Shown: piece by piece, positions 22,434-35,922 of the stretch
Position numbering within the stretch: position 1 is the stretch's first letter
How the letters are laid out: the number at the start of each line of letters is the position of its first letter
Source: an uncultured bacterium
GTDB lineage: Bacteria; Actinomycetota; Acidimicrobiia; Spongiisociales; ZC4RG35
DNA length: 64,000 nt
Reading direction: 5' to 3'
Assembly (NCBI GenBank): GCA_963751005.1
Contig: CAVVSY010000004.1
Coordinates: 384,502-448,501, forward strand
Notes under the pieces: generated by a model
What the model saw: only the letters and a program-made list of their open reading frames with translations
Told to the model about the DNA's origin: nothing
The model's database searches: none
Translations under genes and position numbers: made by a program

Positions 22434-23249
22434 TCAACCTTCGATGTCGTCGTAGGTGACGTCGAAGTCGGGGCCGAACCACTTGCGGCCCAACTCCTCC
22501 ATCGTGCCGTCGTCCTTCATCGCCTGGATCGCCTCGTTGACCGGGTCGACCAGGTCCGACTCGAGCGGGAAGATGAATCCCAACGGATCGGACTGCAGGG
22601 CGTCGTCGATGGTCTCGATGTCCTCGGCGTTCTCCCCGATGTAACCGAGCCCGGCGGCATCGTCGATGATGACGATGTCGACGTCACCGGCGATCAGCGC
22701 CTCGATGGCCAGGCCGAACTGGTCGAAGGCCTGGATCCGGTCGGCGCCGACCAGAGACTCGGCCAACTCGTAGTTGGTCGTCCCCACCTGGGTGGCCACG
22801 ATCGCATCGGAGTCGATGACATCCTGGGCACTGCTGAACCGATCGTCGCCGACCTGCTTGATGAACTTCTGCTCCACCACCATGTATGGATCAGAGAAGG
22901 CGACTATTTCCTTGCGCTCATCGGTGATCGAGATGCCGTCGGCGGCGACGTCGTACTCGTCCTGGGCGACCTGGTCGATCACTGCCGGCCAAGCTGCCTC
23001 GACGAACTCGGGCTCACAGTTGAGCCGTTCGCAGATGTCGCGCCACGCGTCGTAGTCCCAACCCTGACCCTCGGTCTCACCAGCGAGGATGTAGTTGAAG
23101 GGCAGGTAGGCGTTCTCGACGGCGACGGTGACCGTGCGGCCACCGAGGTCTGAGCCCTCGACGTCCCCGCCACCGTCATCGTCGCCGCAGGCGGCGATGA
23201 CCAGGGCGAGAATCGCCAGCATCCCTATGAATCGTGTCTTCTTGTTCAT
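22434..23249 (-). CDS. Amino-acid ABC transporter substrate-binding lipoprotein (family 3 SBP)
   Basis: Real start MNKKTRFIGMLAILALVIAACG (lipobox). The 487-aa track ORF carries a spurious N-terminal extension. SBP_bac_3-type body. Confidence 0.85.
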   Translation of the reverse strand: MNKKTRFIGMLAILALVIAACGDDDGGGDVEGSDLGGRTVTVAVENAYLPFNYILAGETEGQGWDYDAWRDICERLNCEPEFVEAAWPAVIDQVAQDEYDVAADGISITDERKEIVAFSDPYMVVEQKFIKQVGDDRFSSAQDVIDSDAIVATQVGTTNYELAESLVGADRIQAFDQFGLAIEALIAGDVDIVIIDDAAGLGYIGENAEDIETIDDALQSDPLGFIFPLESDLVDPVNEAIQAMKDDGTMEELGRKWFGPDFDVTYDDIEG

Positions 23250-23415
23250 TGTTTGGGGTTCCTCCTGTGAACCTGCCCCAAGGGTATCTGGCCGACCGCC
23301 TTCCATGCGAGTCGCCCGGATCGACGTGGCAGCCAAAGGAAGTATCGGGCTAGGGTCGATCTCCAAGCGCAAACGGCCCCATGGCCCGCGTGCCCACGAA
23401 ATCGATGGAGGATCT

Positions 23416-24585
23416 ATGAAGACATCGAAGCTATTACTGCTCCTCACCGCCCTGGCGCTGGTGATCGCGGCCTGTACCGAGGCCGCCGACACCACCACCA
23501 CAGAAGGTGATGGCGGAGCCACGACGACTCCGGAAGGTGAAGGAACCCCGACGACGGGGGCCGAAGGCGAGACCTCGACCACTGAGGGTGGTGGAGCACC
23601 TGCGGGCGATGTGCTCGCTGCAGTACAGGACCGCGGTGCGGTCAACTGTGGCGTGAACGACGCCGTGCCCGGCTTCGGCTCGGTGGACGATGCGGGTGAG
23701 TTCGCGGGATTCGACATCGACTTCTGTCGTGCCGTCGCAGCGGCGGTCTTTGGTGACCCGGCCGCTGTCGAGTTCGTGCCCCTCACTGCCGAGCAGCGGT
23801 TCACCGCACTCCAGTCCGGGGAGATCGACGTGCTCATCCGTAACACGACGTTCACCGCGACCCGTGATGGCTCGGAGGGAGCGACCTTCCTCACCACGAC
23901 GTTCTACGACGGGCAGGGGATGATGGTCACCGCCGACAGTGGGTTCACCTCGATCGACGATATGACGGACACGAGCATCTGCGTCCTGTCTGGAACGACC
24001 ACGGAGCTGAATCTGGCCACCCGGATGGCCGATGTCGCGTACACACCCTTGACCTTCGACGACAACGAGCAACTGCAGGCGGCCTTCGTCGCCGGGCAAT
24101 GTGATGGTTGGACGTCCGACAAGTCTCAGCTTTCCGGGGTTCGCTCGGCGTGGCCAGATGACCAAGGAGGGCCCGAGGCACTGGTCATCCTGGAGGAGAC
24201 GTTCTCCAAGGAGCCACTCGGCCCGGTCGTCCGGGACGGTGACTCCCAGTGGGCGCAGATCATCGACTGGGTCGTGATTGCCACGATCCAGGCCGAGGAG
24301 CTGGAGATCACATCGGAGAACGTCGACACGTTCGCCGACACCGAAAACGCCGAGATCCGCCGCTTCCTCGGGCTCGAGATCGAAGACGAAGACGGCAACG
24401 TGAGCGTCTTCGACGCCGGCCTCGGCCTGGAACCCGGATACGCCTCAGCCGTGATCGGCGCCGTGGGCAACTACGGCGAGATCTACGATCGAAACGTCGG
24501 CCCGGACACGGCACTCGGGCTGGAGCGGGGCGTCAACGCATTGTGGACCGATGGTGGTCTGCTCTACGCACCGCCTTACCGCTAG
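23416..24585 (+). CDS. aapJ: General L-amino-acid ABC transporter substrate-binding protein (AapJ/BztA-like), lipoprotein with a Thr/Gly-rich linker
   Basis: MKTSKLLLLLTALALVIAAC lipobox. Long SBP_bac_3 domain. Divergent from the other SBP, sharing a 166-bp intergenic region. Confidence 0.85.
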   Translation: MKTSKLLLLLTALALVIAACTEAADTTTTEGDGGATTTPEGEGTPTTGAEGETSTTEGGGAPAGDVLAAVQDRGAVNCGVNDAVPGFGSVDDAGEFAGFDIDFCRAVAAAVFGDPAAVEFVPLTAEQRFTALQSGEIDVLIRNTTFTATRDGSEGATFLTTTFYDGQGMMVTADSGFTSIDDMTDTSICVLSGTTTELNLATRMADVAYTPLTFDDNEQLQAAFVAGQCDGWTSDKSQLSGVRSAWPDDQGGPEALVILEETFSKEPLGPVVRDGDSQWAQIIDWVVIATIQAEELEITSENVDTFADTENAEIRRFLGLEIEDEDGNVSVFDAGLGLEPGYASAVIGAVGNYGEIYDRNVGPDTALGLERGVNALWTDGGLLYAPPYR

Positions 24586-24653
24586 ATGGGAACTGTCAGG
24601 GGTGGCCTTCGCAGGCCACCCCTGACCTTCACAGATACGTACTGGTGAGCTAG

Positions 24654-25824
24654 ATGTCCACTGCTGGCCAAACCCGCACCCGCCCCCCGTTCTGGCGCGA
24701 CGTCCGGGTGTTGCGGGTCATGGCTCAGCTGATCGCCGTGGGCGTCGTCCTCGCCTTCCTCTACATCCTCTGGTTCAACCTGACCAACAACCTCCGTCGC
24801 GCCGGGATCCCGCTCGACTTCGGGTTCCTCACTCAACCCCTCGGGGTCGACATCGCCGGTTCGGACGTCGGACCGTCGTCGCCGATATGGCGCGGGTTCG
24901 TCGTCGGGATCAGGAACACATTCGCCCTCGTCATCGTGGGGTTGCCCTTGGTCACCATCATCGGCCTGATCGTTGGTGTGGCCCGACTCTCCACCAACTG
25001 GCTCGTCGCCAAGTCTGCGGCTCTGTATGTCGAGGTGCTGCGAAACATCCCGCCACTACTGATCATCTTCTTCGTGTTCAACGCAGTGATCCTGCAGCTT
25101 CCGCGCATCGAGAACTCGGCAACCCCTCTCCAACTGTTCGTCATCAACAACAGATTCATCGCCGTCACCGGTTTCATGGCTCAGGAGGGTTTCGGCATGT
25201 TCTGGGCCATCATGGGAGCGGCCCTCATCGTCGCCATCGGGGTCTGGGTTTGGAGGACGCGGCGCCAGGCCGCCACTGGCAAGGCCCACCATCGTCTCCT
25301 GTGGTCTCTGGGATTTCTGTTCGTGGTGGGGCTGGTCGGCTTCTTCGGTATCGGTGAGCCCTTCGGCATCACCCGCCCGGTACTCGACGGTCGCTCCATG
25401 GAGGGCGGTTTTCAAGGGCTCGGGGCCTACTTCGCGTGTCTGGTTGCGCTGGTCCTCTACACCGCCTCTCATGTAGCCGAGATCGTTCGGGGCAGTCTTC
25501 TCGCAGTGCCCAAAGGGCAGACCGAAGCAGCCAACGCCCTTGCCCTGTCGCCAATGCAACGTCTTCGTCTTGTCGTGCTGCCCCAGGCGATGCGGATCGC
25601 AGTTCCGCCCGACGATCAGCCAGTACCTGAACTACACGAAGAACACGTCTCTGGCGATCGCGATCGGATACGCCGAGGTCACGCGGGTCACCTTTCAAGC
25701 AATCGGCAACGGGCAACCCGCGGTCCAGCTGATCGTGGGGCTGATGGCGTCCTATCTCCTGTTCTCGTTGTCCATCTCTGCCCTCGTCAACGTCCTGAAC
25801 CGACGACTCGCCTACGTCACATGA
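24654..25824 (+). CDS. aapQ: General L-amino-acid ABC transporter permease (AapQ/BztB-like); frameshift near 25610
   Basis: About 390 aa, long N-terminal TM region, EAA loop ([29 protein letters not shown]). C-terminus in a second frame ending at 25824. Confidence 0.85.
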
Positions 25825-27065
25825 GTACTACAGAGACACCTCGACGCGAACTGTCCCGGCCCCCGGCAGCGAGGCCGGGCTTCAGGAAGTGGGCGCAGGC
25901 CAACCTCTTCTCGACCTGGCCCAACACGCTCCTGACCTTGGTGATGGGTGGCATCGGCATCTGGGCTGGGATCTCCGTCATCGGGTTCCTCCTCGGTGCG
26001 GACTTCACCATCATTCGTGACAACCTGAAGCTCTTCATGGTCGGCCAGTTCCCCGCTGACCAGCTGTGGCGTCTCTGGCTGGCGACCGCGTTGATCGCTG
26101 TGCTCATCGGTGCAACGGCCGGCAGTCTCTCGGCCAGCGTGAGACAGCGTTCGATCGAGTCCGGTGAGCCCCACGAACCAGCCAGACCGATCGATGTGAT
26201 GAGGAGGTTCTGGCCGATCATTGCCCTGGTCGTGATCCTCCTCTCCTTCACCCAGACGCTGACTCCAACGATCCTCACCATCGGCGTCACGATCCTCGGC
26301 ATAGCTTCGTACTACGCGGCGCGGGCCCTGCCGGCACGGGTGAGATCTTGGACCTGGGCGTTCGTCATCCTGATGGTGATCGCCACGTACCTGGCTCTCT
26401 CCCTCGGGGGCGTGGGGTGGGACCAGTGGGGTGGGCTGCAACTCAACCTGTTCCTGACGGTGGCCGGGATCCTCTTTGCCCTGCCGTTGGGGCTGCTCCT
26501 CGCCCTGGGCCGGCGTTCATCGCTTCCCTTCGTGAGGACACTGTCCGTGGCCTATATCGAGTTCATCCGCGGTGTGCCGCTCATCACGCTTCTCCTGGCG
26601 GCCGCGTTCGCCATCGGGTTCCTGATCCCCAGCGACCTGCGACCCACTCAGGTGACCCGGATGCTCATAGCCATCACCCTGTTCGAAGCCGCATACATCG
26701 CAGAGGTGGTCAGAGGCGGGTTCCAGGCGGTTCCTCGAGGCCAAGTGGAGGCCGCTCAGTCGCTGGGGGTCGGGCCATGGAAGACGATGCGTCTGGTTGT
26801 CCTGCCCCAAGCGCTTCGGGCAACGATTCCCCCGATGGTCGGGCAGTTCATCAGCCTGTTCAAGGACACGACCCTGGTTGCGATTCTCGGAGTCCACGAC
26901 CTCCTTCATTACACCTTCATCGTGAACTCCCAGGACGATTTCTTGGGCAAGGGCCTGTTCGTGATCACCCTCGGGTTCGCCGCGCTTATCTTCTGGGTGG
27001 GCTCGTACACGATGTCACGTGAATCGCAGCGATTGGAGCGGAAGTTGGGAGTTGGTGAGCGATGA
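25821..27065 (+). CDS. aapM: General L-amino-acid ABC transporter permease (AapM/BztC-like)
   Basis: Intact 414-aa ORF. EAA loop [29 protein letters not shown]. Start overlaps the aapQ stop. Confidence 0.85.
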   Translation: MSTTETPRRELSRPPAARPGFRKWAQANLFSTWPNTLLTLVMGGIGIWAGISVIGFLLGADFTIIRDNLKLFMVGQFPADQLWRLWLATALIAVLIGATAGSLSASVRQRSIESGEPHEPARPIDVMRRFWPIIALVVILLSFTQTLTPTILTIGVTILGIASYYAARALPARVRSWTWAFVILMVIATYLALSLGGVGWDQWGGLQLNLFLTVAGILFALPLGLLLALGRRSSLPFVRTLSVAYIEFIRGVPLITLLLAAAFAIGFLIPSDLRPTQVTRMLIAITLFEAAYIAEVVRGGFQAVPRGQVEAAQSLGVGPWKTMRLVVLPQALRATIPPMVGQFISLFKDTTLVAILGVHDLLHYTFIVNSQDDFLGKGLFVITLGFAALIFWVGSYTMSRESQRLERKLGVGER

Positions 27066-27835
27066 CACAAGCAACGACATACTCGGACGCAACCAGGTCC
27101 ACAGGCGAGGCCCTCATCGAAGTCAGCTCGGTGGACAAGTTCTTCGGTGACTTCCAGGCATTGAACGACATCAACCTGGTCGTGGGGAAGCAAGAGGTGG
27201 TGGTCGTCATCGGCCCGTCTGGTTCGGGCAAATCGACGCTCATCCGTTGCATCAACCGTCTGGAGAAGCACGACAACGGCTCGATCGTCGTCGACGGGAT
27301 CGAGTTGTCCGACGACATCAGGAACATCCAGGAGGTGCGGCGGGAGACCGGGATGGTGTTCCAGCAATTCAACCTGTTCCCTCATCTCACCGTGATCGAC
27401 AACATCACACTCGCCCCACGGCAGGTTCGGCATCAGGCCAAGGCCGATGCGGAGGCGGAGGCCATGAAGCTGCTGGAGCGGGTGGGTATACCGGAGCAGG
27501 CGAGGAAGTACCCCGGTCAGTTGTCCGGTGGCCAGCAACAACGCGTGGCCATTGCCCGATCATTGGCGATGAAACCGAAGGTCATGCTCTTCGACGAGCC
27601 CACCTCGGCGCTCGACCCCGAGATGATCAAAGAGGTCCTCGACGTGATGGTCGAGCTGGCCAAGGGTGGCATGACGATGATCGTGGTCACCCACGAGATG
27701 GGGTTTGCCCGTGCCGTGGCCAATCGTGTCGTCTTCATGGCAGATGGCCAGATCGTCGAGGTGGGCACCCCGGAGCATTTCTTCACCAACCCCGTCGAGG
27801 ACCGCACCAAGCTTTTCCTCTCCCAGATCCTCTAG
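27062..27835 (+). CDS. aapP: Amino-acid ABC transporter ATP-binding protein (AapP/GlnQ-like)
   Basis: Intact 257 aa. Walker [10 protein letters not shown], signature [15 protein letters not shown], Walker [13 protein letters not shown]-loop VTHEM. Confidence 0.9.
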   Translation: MTQATTYSDATRSTGEALIEVSSVDKFFGDFQALNDINLVVGKQEVVVVIGPSGSGKSTLIRCINRLEKHDNGSIVVDGIELSDDIRNIQEVRRETGMVFQQFNLFPHLTVIDNITLAPRQVRHQAKADAEAEAMKLLERVGIPEQARKYPGQLSGGQQQRVAIARSLAMKPKVMLFDEPTSALDPEMIKEVLDVMVELAKGGMTMIVVTHEMGFARAVANRVVFMADGQIVEVGTPEHFFTNPVEDRTKLFLSQIL

Positions 27836-27876
27836 CTCCCTGGATAATCCCGGGCCGGACTTAACCTTCGGGCCTG

Positions 27877-28946
27877 GTGTCCAGCCTCCTGTTCAAGTCT
27901 GTCGTGGTGCTGGTCGCGCCACTCGTGATCGGGTGCGTCGCAGTCGACGGAGCGACAGAGACTTCGATGGACGTGCCGCGACCCAGCACATATGCCACCG
28001 GCACGCGCTCGACGACTTCCTCAACTTCCGTCAACTCTGGCTTCGACCACTCACCACTCTTCCTCCCCGAGGGACGCTCGTCATCCACGGAACGGGGGAC
28101 GTCAACCTCGACCCGGAGTACATCCCGGCCCTGGCGGCCAATGGGTGGGACCACGCCTGGGCCGGGCTCGACGGGCTCTTCCGGGATGACGACTTGACTG
28201 TGGTCAACCTCGAGTGCGCCCCGTCCGACCTGGGTGCGCCCGAGCCGAAGGAGTTCGTCTTCCGTTGCCCTGCCGCCTCGCTGCCCTCGTTGGCGACCGC
28301 CGGGGTGGAAGTCGCGAGCTTGGGGAACAACCACAGCGGTGACTACGGGAAGGAGGCCCTCGTCGACGGTCGAGCCAATCTGATCGCAAGTGGCGTTGCT
28401 CCGGTCGGTGCGGGGGCGAATGCCGCCGAGGCAGGTGCGCCTGCCGTGTTCGAGATGGAGGGATGGAGGGTGGCGGTGGTCGGATTCGGTGGTGTCTTCC
28501 CCAACCCGCCATGGTTCGCCACCGCGGATCGCCCCGGGATGAGGGACGGCGACGACATCCCGTCGATGGTCGAGGCGGTGCAGGCGGCGGCAGAGGTAGC
28601 CGACATCGTGGTCGTCACCATCCACTGGGGCGTCGAGTTCGACACCGAGCCGAGAACCGAGGACATCGAGCGGGCCGAGGCGATGATCGAGGCGGGTGCC
28701 GACGTGATATTCGGGCACCACGCCCATCGTCTCCAGCCGTTCGAGATGGTGAATGATTCCGCAGTGTTCTGGGGGCTTGGTAATTTTGTCTGGCCGAGGC
28801 AATCGACGGCCGGGTCGACAACCGGTGTGGCCCGGGCAGTTGTCCATCCCGATGGGACGATCGAGGCTTGCTTGATCCCAGCTTTCATCGAGAGCCCAGG
28901 CCAACCTGTGCTGACCGGCGAACCCGAATGTGGGCCGGAGCGTTAG
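27877..28946 (+). CDS. CapA/PgsA-family metallophosphatase-like protein, secreted or lipoprotein; frameshifts
   Basis: N-terminal signal MSSLLFKSVVVLVAPLVIGC. Body ...VNLECAPS...GNNHSGDYG...VVTIHWGVEF...IFGHHAHRLQPFE (PGA_cap). Confidence 0.7.
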
Positions 28947-30529
28947 GGAGCGAATGCAAGATCGAAAAGGGCCCATCTTCTTGGTCATCGCCTTCGGAGC
29001 GATGCTCGGGTTCCTGGCGTTCCTGCTCGTCGGGCCACGCGACGCCAGTGGGGACACGGTGGCCGGTCCGGGCACCACGGTCACGACGCCTGAAGGCACC
29101 GGTGGTGAGGGGACGGCGGCTCCGGGCTCGACGATCGCCGGGTCGACTCCGACGACATCGCCGACGGGCCTCGTCCGCGACCCCAACACGATCCCGGGTT
29201 GGACCGTGGGCCAGCCCTGGGGGACGACCGTCGGTCTGACCATGTTCCGGGGCAACCCCACACGCACGTACTACGGCAGTGGCCCGCTCTCAGCGTCCCC
29301 GGCGGAGCTCTGGAGATATCCCGGGTCCCCGATGTGCAGTGAGTCGGTGAACCTCGGCGAGACCGCGGTCTGGTGTGGGATGGGTTGGACCGGCCAACCC
29401 GCCGTCTGGGAACGCGAGGATGGCATCACCGAGCTCATCTTCGGGGCCTACGACCGCTCCATCCACTTCGTCGACGCGGAGACAGGGGCCGAGCTCAGGC
29501 CGAGTTACCCGACCGGTGACATCATCAAGGGGAGCGTGACGATCGATCCCGACGGCTACCCACTGCTCTACACCGGCTCACGGGACAACAAGCTGCGGAT
29601 ACTCGCCCTGGACCAGGACGAGCCGGTCGAGCTGTGGTCGGTCGATGCCCATGCCGTCGACTGGATCTGGAACGACGACTGGGACGCCAACCCGCTGATC
29701 ATCGACGACATGATGTATGAGGGTGGCGAGAACGGCTGGTTCTTCGCCTACGAGCTGAATCGTGGTTACGACGCCAACGGGAATGTGACCGTGAGCCCGG
29801 AGATCAGGTTCTCCATGAGGAGCTGGACCGACGAGCAGCTGAGCAACATCGCCGACGAGAACGTCTCCGTGGAGAACTCGACCGTTGCGTTCGAGGACCG
29901 GGTCTACTTCGCCAACTCGGGCGGTCGGATCATCGGTCTCGACGTCTCCGACGTCCGCAACGGCAACGCCCCCATCGTCTTCGATTACTGGGCAGGCGGC
30001 GACATCGACGCCTCGTTGGTGGTCGACGAGGAGGGCTTCGTTTACGCCTCCATCGAGTACGAGCCGTCGCAGATGGGGCCCACTGGAAACGGGCCGACAG
30101 GACGAGGTGGGCCAGCTGGTCAAGCTCGATCCCTACACCGACGGCGACCCCCGGGTGTGGGGCGTCGATCTGAGGGTCCAGGGCAGTGACTCGGGACTGT
30201 GGGCGACACCCGCCTTGTATCGGGAGCATCTGTACACCAATACCCACCAGGGGTCGCTGATCGTGGTGGACACGCACACCGGTGTCGTGGTCTGGGAGGA
30301 CGCCACGGTCGGCTGGCACTCCTGGTCCTCCCCCTCGGTCGTCGACCAGACCCTCGTGGTCGCCACCTGTGTCGGCGAGGTGAGGGGATACTCGTTGCAG
30401 AACCCGGCCGCACCGCAGCGCACCTGGACGGTCACGCCCGGCGAATCGTGTCTCGAGGCAACGCCGGCGATTTGGAACGGGACGATCTACCTCGGGTCCC
30501 GTGACGGCTTCCTGCGGGCCTTCCGTTAG
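28930..30529 (+). CDS. Membrane-anchored PQQ-like beta-propeller repeat protein; frameshift near 30080
   Basis: N-terminal TM IFLVIAFGAMLGFLAFLLVGP, Thr/Pro-rich linker, then repeated ...YTGSRDNKLRILAL..., ...YFANSGGRIIGLDV..., ...YLGSRDGFLRAF... propeller blades. Confidence 0.7.
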
Positions 30530-31042
30530 ATGCGACGTCTCCTGCCGGCATTCGCACTGCTCTTGGCGGCGTGCTCCCCAGCGACGGGGACCACGACCAC
30601 CGTGCCGGCTGCGGACACGACCACTTCGGTGGCCACCAGCACGACCCGGCCGCCACCCGATTGCCCGGCGCCGCCCTACGAGCTGACGTTCTTGCCGGTG
30701 GGCGTGGGCACCGGCGACCTCGACCCGGACGACGTCGAACAGGACGTGTGGACCTCGGTGCCCGGATCGAATACGACACTGGTGCCGCGGTCCGACGACT
30801 CGGTGGCCATCGCCCTGGTCAGGGGCACACTGCCCCCGGTGGATTGGCCGGGGGAGAAGGGGGAGGTGACGATCGACGGGACCCGTGCCGCCGTCGGCCC
30901 GCATCCCGATGGCTCCTGGGTGGCCGGCTGGTACGAGGAGCCGGGGGAGCGATGCGACCTCTACACGATGGTCTTCTACCCACCGTGGTCGTCGACCGAC
31001 GTCGAAGCCGTCCTCACCGGGATGAACCGGGTCGGGGGCTGA
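30530..31042 (+). CDS. Hypothetical lipoprotein
   Basis: MRRLLPAFALLLAACSP lipobox followed by a Thr-rich linker. Start abuts the upstream stop (TAGATG). Confidence 0.6.
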   Translation: MRRLLPAFALLLAACSPATGTTTTVPAADTTTSVATSTTRPPPDCPAPPYELTFLPVGVGTGDLDPDDVEQDVWTSVPGSNTTLVPRSDDSVAIALVRGTLPPVDWPGEKGEVTIDGTRAAVGPHPDGSWVAGWYEEPGERCDLYTMVFYPPWSSTDVEAVLTGMNRVGG

Positions 31043-31064
31043 CCCTCCCGCGCGTGGTCCCCTG

Positions 31065-31109
31065 AGCGTGTGCAGTTGAGGTCGCTATGCGACCTCAACT
31101 GCACACGCT
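31065..31109. repeat. 45-bp palindrome, copy B of the repeat family
   Basis: AGCGTGTGCAGTTGAGGTCGC-tat-GCGACCTCAACTGCACACGCT with perfect 21-bp arms. Lies between convergent genes (lipoprotein + and SPFH -). Confidence 0.9.
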
Positions 31110-31129
31110 GACACCCCGCTCGCAGGTCC

Positions 31130-32058
31130 CTACTGGGTGGTCCCGGCTGCCTCGGTCTGGGTTGCCTTGAACAGCTCGCCGATGGCGGCCACTGAGCCGA
31201 GGACACCGGAGGTGTCCAGAGGCAGGAAGATCTTGGTCGCCTGCCCGTCGGCCACCCCCTGCAACGCCTCCAAGTAGCGGATGGCGATCACATCGGGGGT
31301 GGGGTCACCGTTGTGGATGGCGGCGAACACCCGCTCGATGGCCTGGCCCTCACCTTCTGCCACCGTCAGCTTCTGGTACTTCTCGGCATCGGCGACCCGC
31401 TTGATCGCCTCGGCCTGCCCGTCCGCCTCGAGGACCTGGGACTCCTTGAGACCCTCGGCCTTGAGGATGGCCGCTCGCTTGAGACCCTCCGCCTCGGTGA
31501 CGGCGGCACGCCGATCGCGCTCCGCCTTCATCTGGCGGTGCATGGCGTCGGTCACGTCCACCGGCGGCTCGATCCGCTGGATCTCGACCCGAACCACACG
31601 AACACCCCACTTGTCGGTGGCATCGTCGAGGATCTGGCGGAGCTTGGCGTTGATCACCTCACGTGAGGTGAGCGCCGCGTCGAGGTCGAGGTCGCCGACC
31701 ACGTTCCTGAGGTTGGTCTGCGCCAGCTTGGTCACGGCCAGGATGAAGTTGCCCACGTTGTACTGCAGCTTCACCGGGTCGGTGGCCTCGTAGTAGATGA
31801 CGGCGTCGACGGTGACGACCACGTTGTCCTTCGTGATCACCTCCTGTGGCGGCACGTCGATCACCTGCTCACGCATGTCCACCTTGGTCAGCCGCTTCAC
31901 GAACGGCATGACCCAGCGCAGACCCGAGTCGACAGTCCGCTCGTATCTGCCCAGGAACTCGATGAGGCCCTTCTGGAAGGGTCGCACCACCTTGAACCCG
32001 GCGGCGGCGACCACGATCAGCCCCACAGCGAGGAACACGAACAGGATTACCAGTGGTT
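31130..32058 (-). CDS. SPFH/band-7 protein (stomatin/prohibitin-like, HflK/C-type)
   Basis: Start [15 protein letters not shown] (TM) with RBS AGGAGAAAGGA. PHB domain ...[17 protein letters not shown]... and a coiled-coil C-terminus rich in EA/KR. Confidence 0.85.
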
Positions 32059-32088
32059 CCATAGTCATTTCCTTTCTCCTACGTCCTT

Positions 32089-32532
32089 CTACTCGTCTTC
32101 CGACAGACGCTCGACGATCAGCCGAGCTCCCTTGACTTCGGTGACGACGATGTTCGCCCCCAGCGGGGATCTTGCCGATCGCCGTGGCCCGCCACTCCTC
32201 GTTGAGGATCCGCACCATCCCGGTCCCGGTGTGGGGGTCGATGTCCTGGAGGACGACGCCCTCCGAGCCGATCCACCGGTTGGCCCCGACCCGGGGCTGC
32301 TCACCTTCGTCCTGACGGCCGATGAAGCGGCGCAGGTAGACGAGGGAGATCGTCGACACCCCGAAGAACACCAGCCACTGAGCCACGATCGGCGCACCGA
32401 TCCACGCCAGGATGGCTGCCGCCGCACCGCCGATGGCGAATGGCAGCAGGAAGAACCCGGCGGTGAACATCTCCCCGATGGCGAGGACGATGGCGAAGAT
32501 CGTCCACAGCCAGCGCCAAACCTCGTTGTCCA
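32089..32532 (-). CDS. NfeD-like membrane protein (stomatin operon partner, OB-fold C-terminus); one frameshift
   Basis: [36 protein letters not shown] (TMs) with RBS AAGGAGG 8 nt upstream. C-terminal OB-fold ...[16 protein letters not shown] in a second frame. Confidence 0.75.
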   Translation of the reverse strand, partial: WTTRFGAGCGRSSPSSSPSGRCSPPGSSCCHSPSAVRRQPSWRGSVRRSWLSGWCSSGCRRSPSSTCAASSAVRTKVSSPGSGPTGGSARRASSSRTSTPTPGPGWCGSSTRSGGPRRSARSPLGANIVVTEVKGARLIVERLSEDE

Positions 32533-32872
32533 TGTTGCTTCCTCCTTGTGTTGCGACGGCCACCGCGGCGACCAACGCGGTCGCCCCGGACCCGTACAGG
32601 ACCATCTCACGGCGGGCGTCCCTCCGCCTCCTCGTCGTCCCACTCTGGACGTCTGCCCAGCTCTCCACCCTTCCCCCACGTCTCGCTGCAGCCCAGCCCT
32701 CGGCGAAGGCGGCGCGATCGCCGATGACCTCGTCGACGCTGCGCCCGTCGCGTTCGGCCTCGATGAGGTGCTGCTCCAACTCCGAGCTCATCTCGGAGAC
32801 GGTGGCGGCGTCGAGGCCGGTGCCCAGCCAGTACCGGGTGATGTCGGCCAGGGCCGACTCCCGATCTCTCAT
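32533..32872 (-). CDS. DUF1700-like putative membrane protein (PadR-associated); 3' end unresolved, no in-frame stop before the NfeD start
   Basis: N-terminus [52 protein letters not shown]..., as usually found downstream of PadR. A hydrophobic C-terminal segment runs into NfeD in the same frame. Confidence 0.5.
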
Positions 32873-33237
32873 CTCTGCCCCCCGGCGAGCACCGCGTTCA
32901 CCGAGGTGTCGAACTCATGCCACTCCTCACGCCAGATCTCGAGGATGCGCCGCCCCTCGGCCGACATGCGGTAATACTTCCGGGCCGGCCCTTCCGAGCT
33001 CTGCACCAGATACCCCTCGATCATCCCTTGCTTCTGGAGACGGGAGAGCAGGGGATAGATGGAGCCCTCACTCGCCAGATCGAGACCCCGTTCCCGTAGT
33101 TTGCTCACCATCTCGTATCCGTATGAAGCCTCCTCCTCGATCAGCGACAACAGACACATGGCGAGGACACCGTGGAGCAACTGAGTCTTCTGACCCTGTC
33201 CGGCACCTTTGGATACCATGCTATGCATAGTACTCAT
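32869..33237 (-). CDS. PadR-family transcriptional regulator
   Basis: Winged HTH ...[57 protein letters not shown].... Several in-frame Met starts between 33219 and 33237. Confidence 0.8.
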   Translation of the reverse strand: MSTMHSMVSKGAGQGQKTQLLHGVLAMCLLSLIEEEASYGYEMVSKLRERGLDLASEGSIYPLLSRLQKQGMIEGYLVQSSEGPARKYYRMSAEGRRILEIWREEWHEFDTSVNAVLAGGQR

Positions 33238-33312
33238 AGACACCAGGAAGTCAATACGGCAAGGGTAGGCCGACCCTCCCCCATAGCCGGGAATAGGCTG
33301 GCTGGATTCAGA

Positions 33313-33333
33313 GTTGATATACTGACACTCAAG
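33313..33333 (+). promoter_or_regulatory. HAIR-like inverted repeat (candidate HspR operator) 24 nt upstream of clpB: gTTGAta-N7-acTCAAg
   Basis: Matches the TTGA-N11-TCAA geometry of the Streptomyces/Mycobacterium HAIR consensus CTTGAGT-N7-ACTCAAG at 10/14 positions. Shares TGACACTCA with the dnaK upstream region. Confidence 0.35.
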
Positions 33334-33356
33334 TTTTCTAGCCAGCGAGCAACAAC

Positions 33357-35897
<2,541 letters not shown>

Positions 35898-35922
35898 CCG
35901 AGCCTCCGACGGCTGAGGATCA

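Noticed and set aside
22434-23897. 487-aa ORF suggesting a very large substrate-binding protein.
   Set aside because: The upstream 215 aa are low-complexity (Ser/Ala/Pro/Val-rich). A canonical lipoprotein signal, MNKKTRFIGMLAILALVIAACG, starts at 23249. The true gene is 22434..23249.
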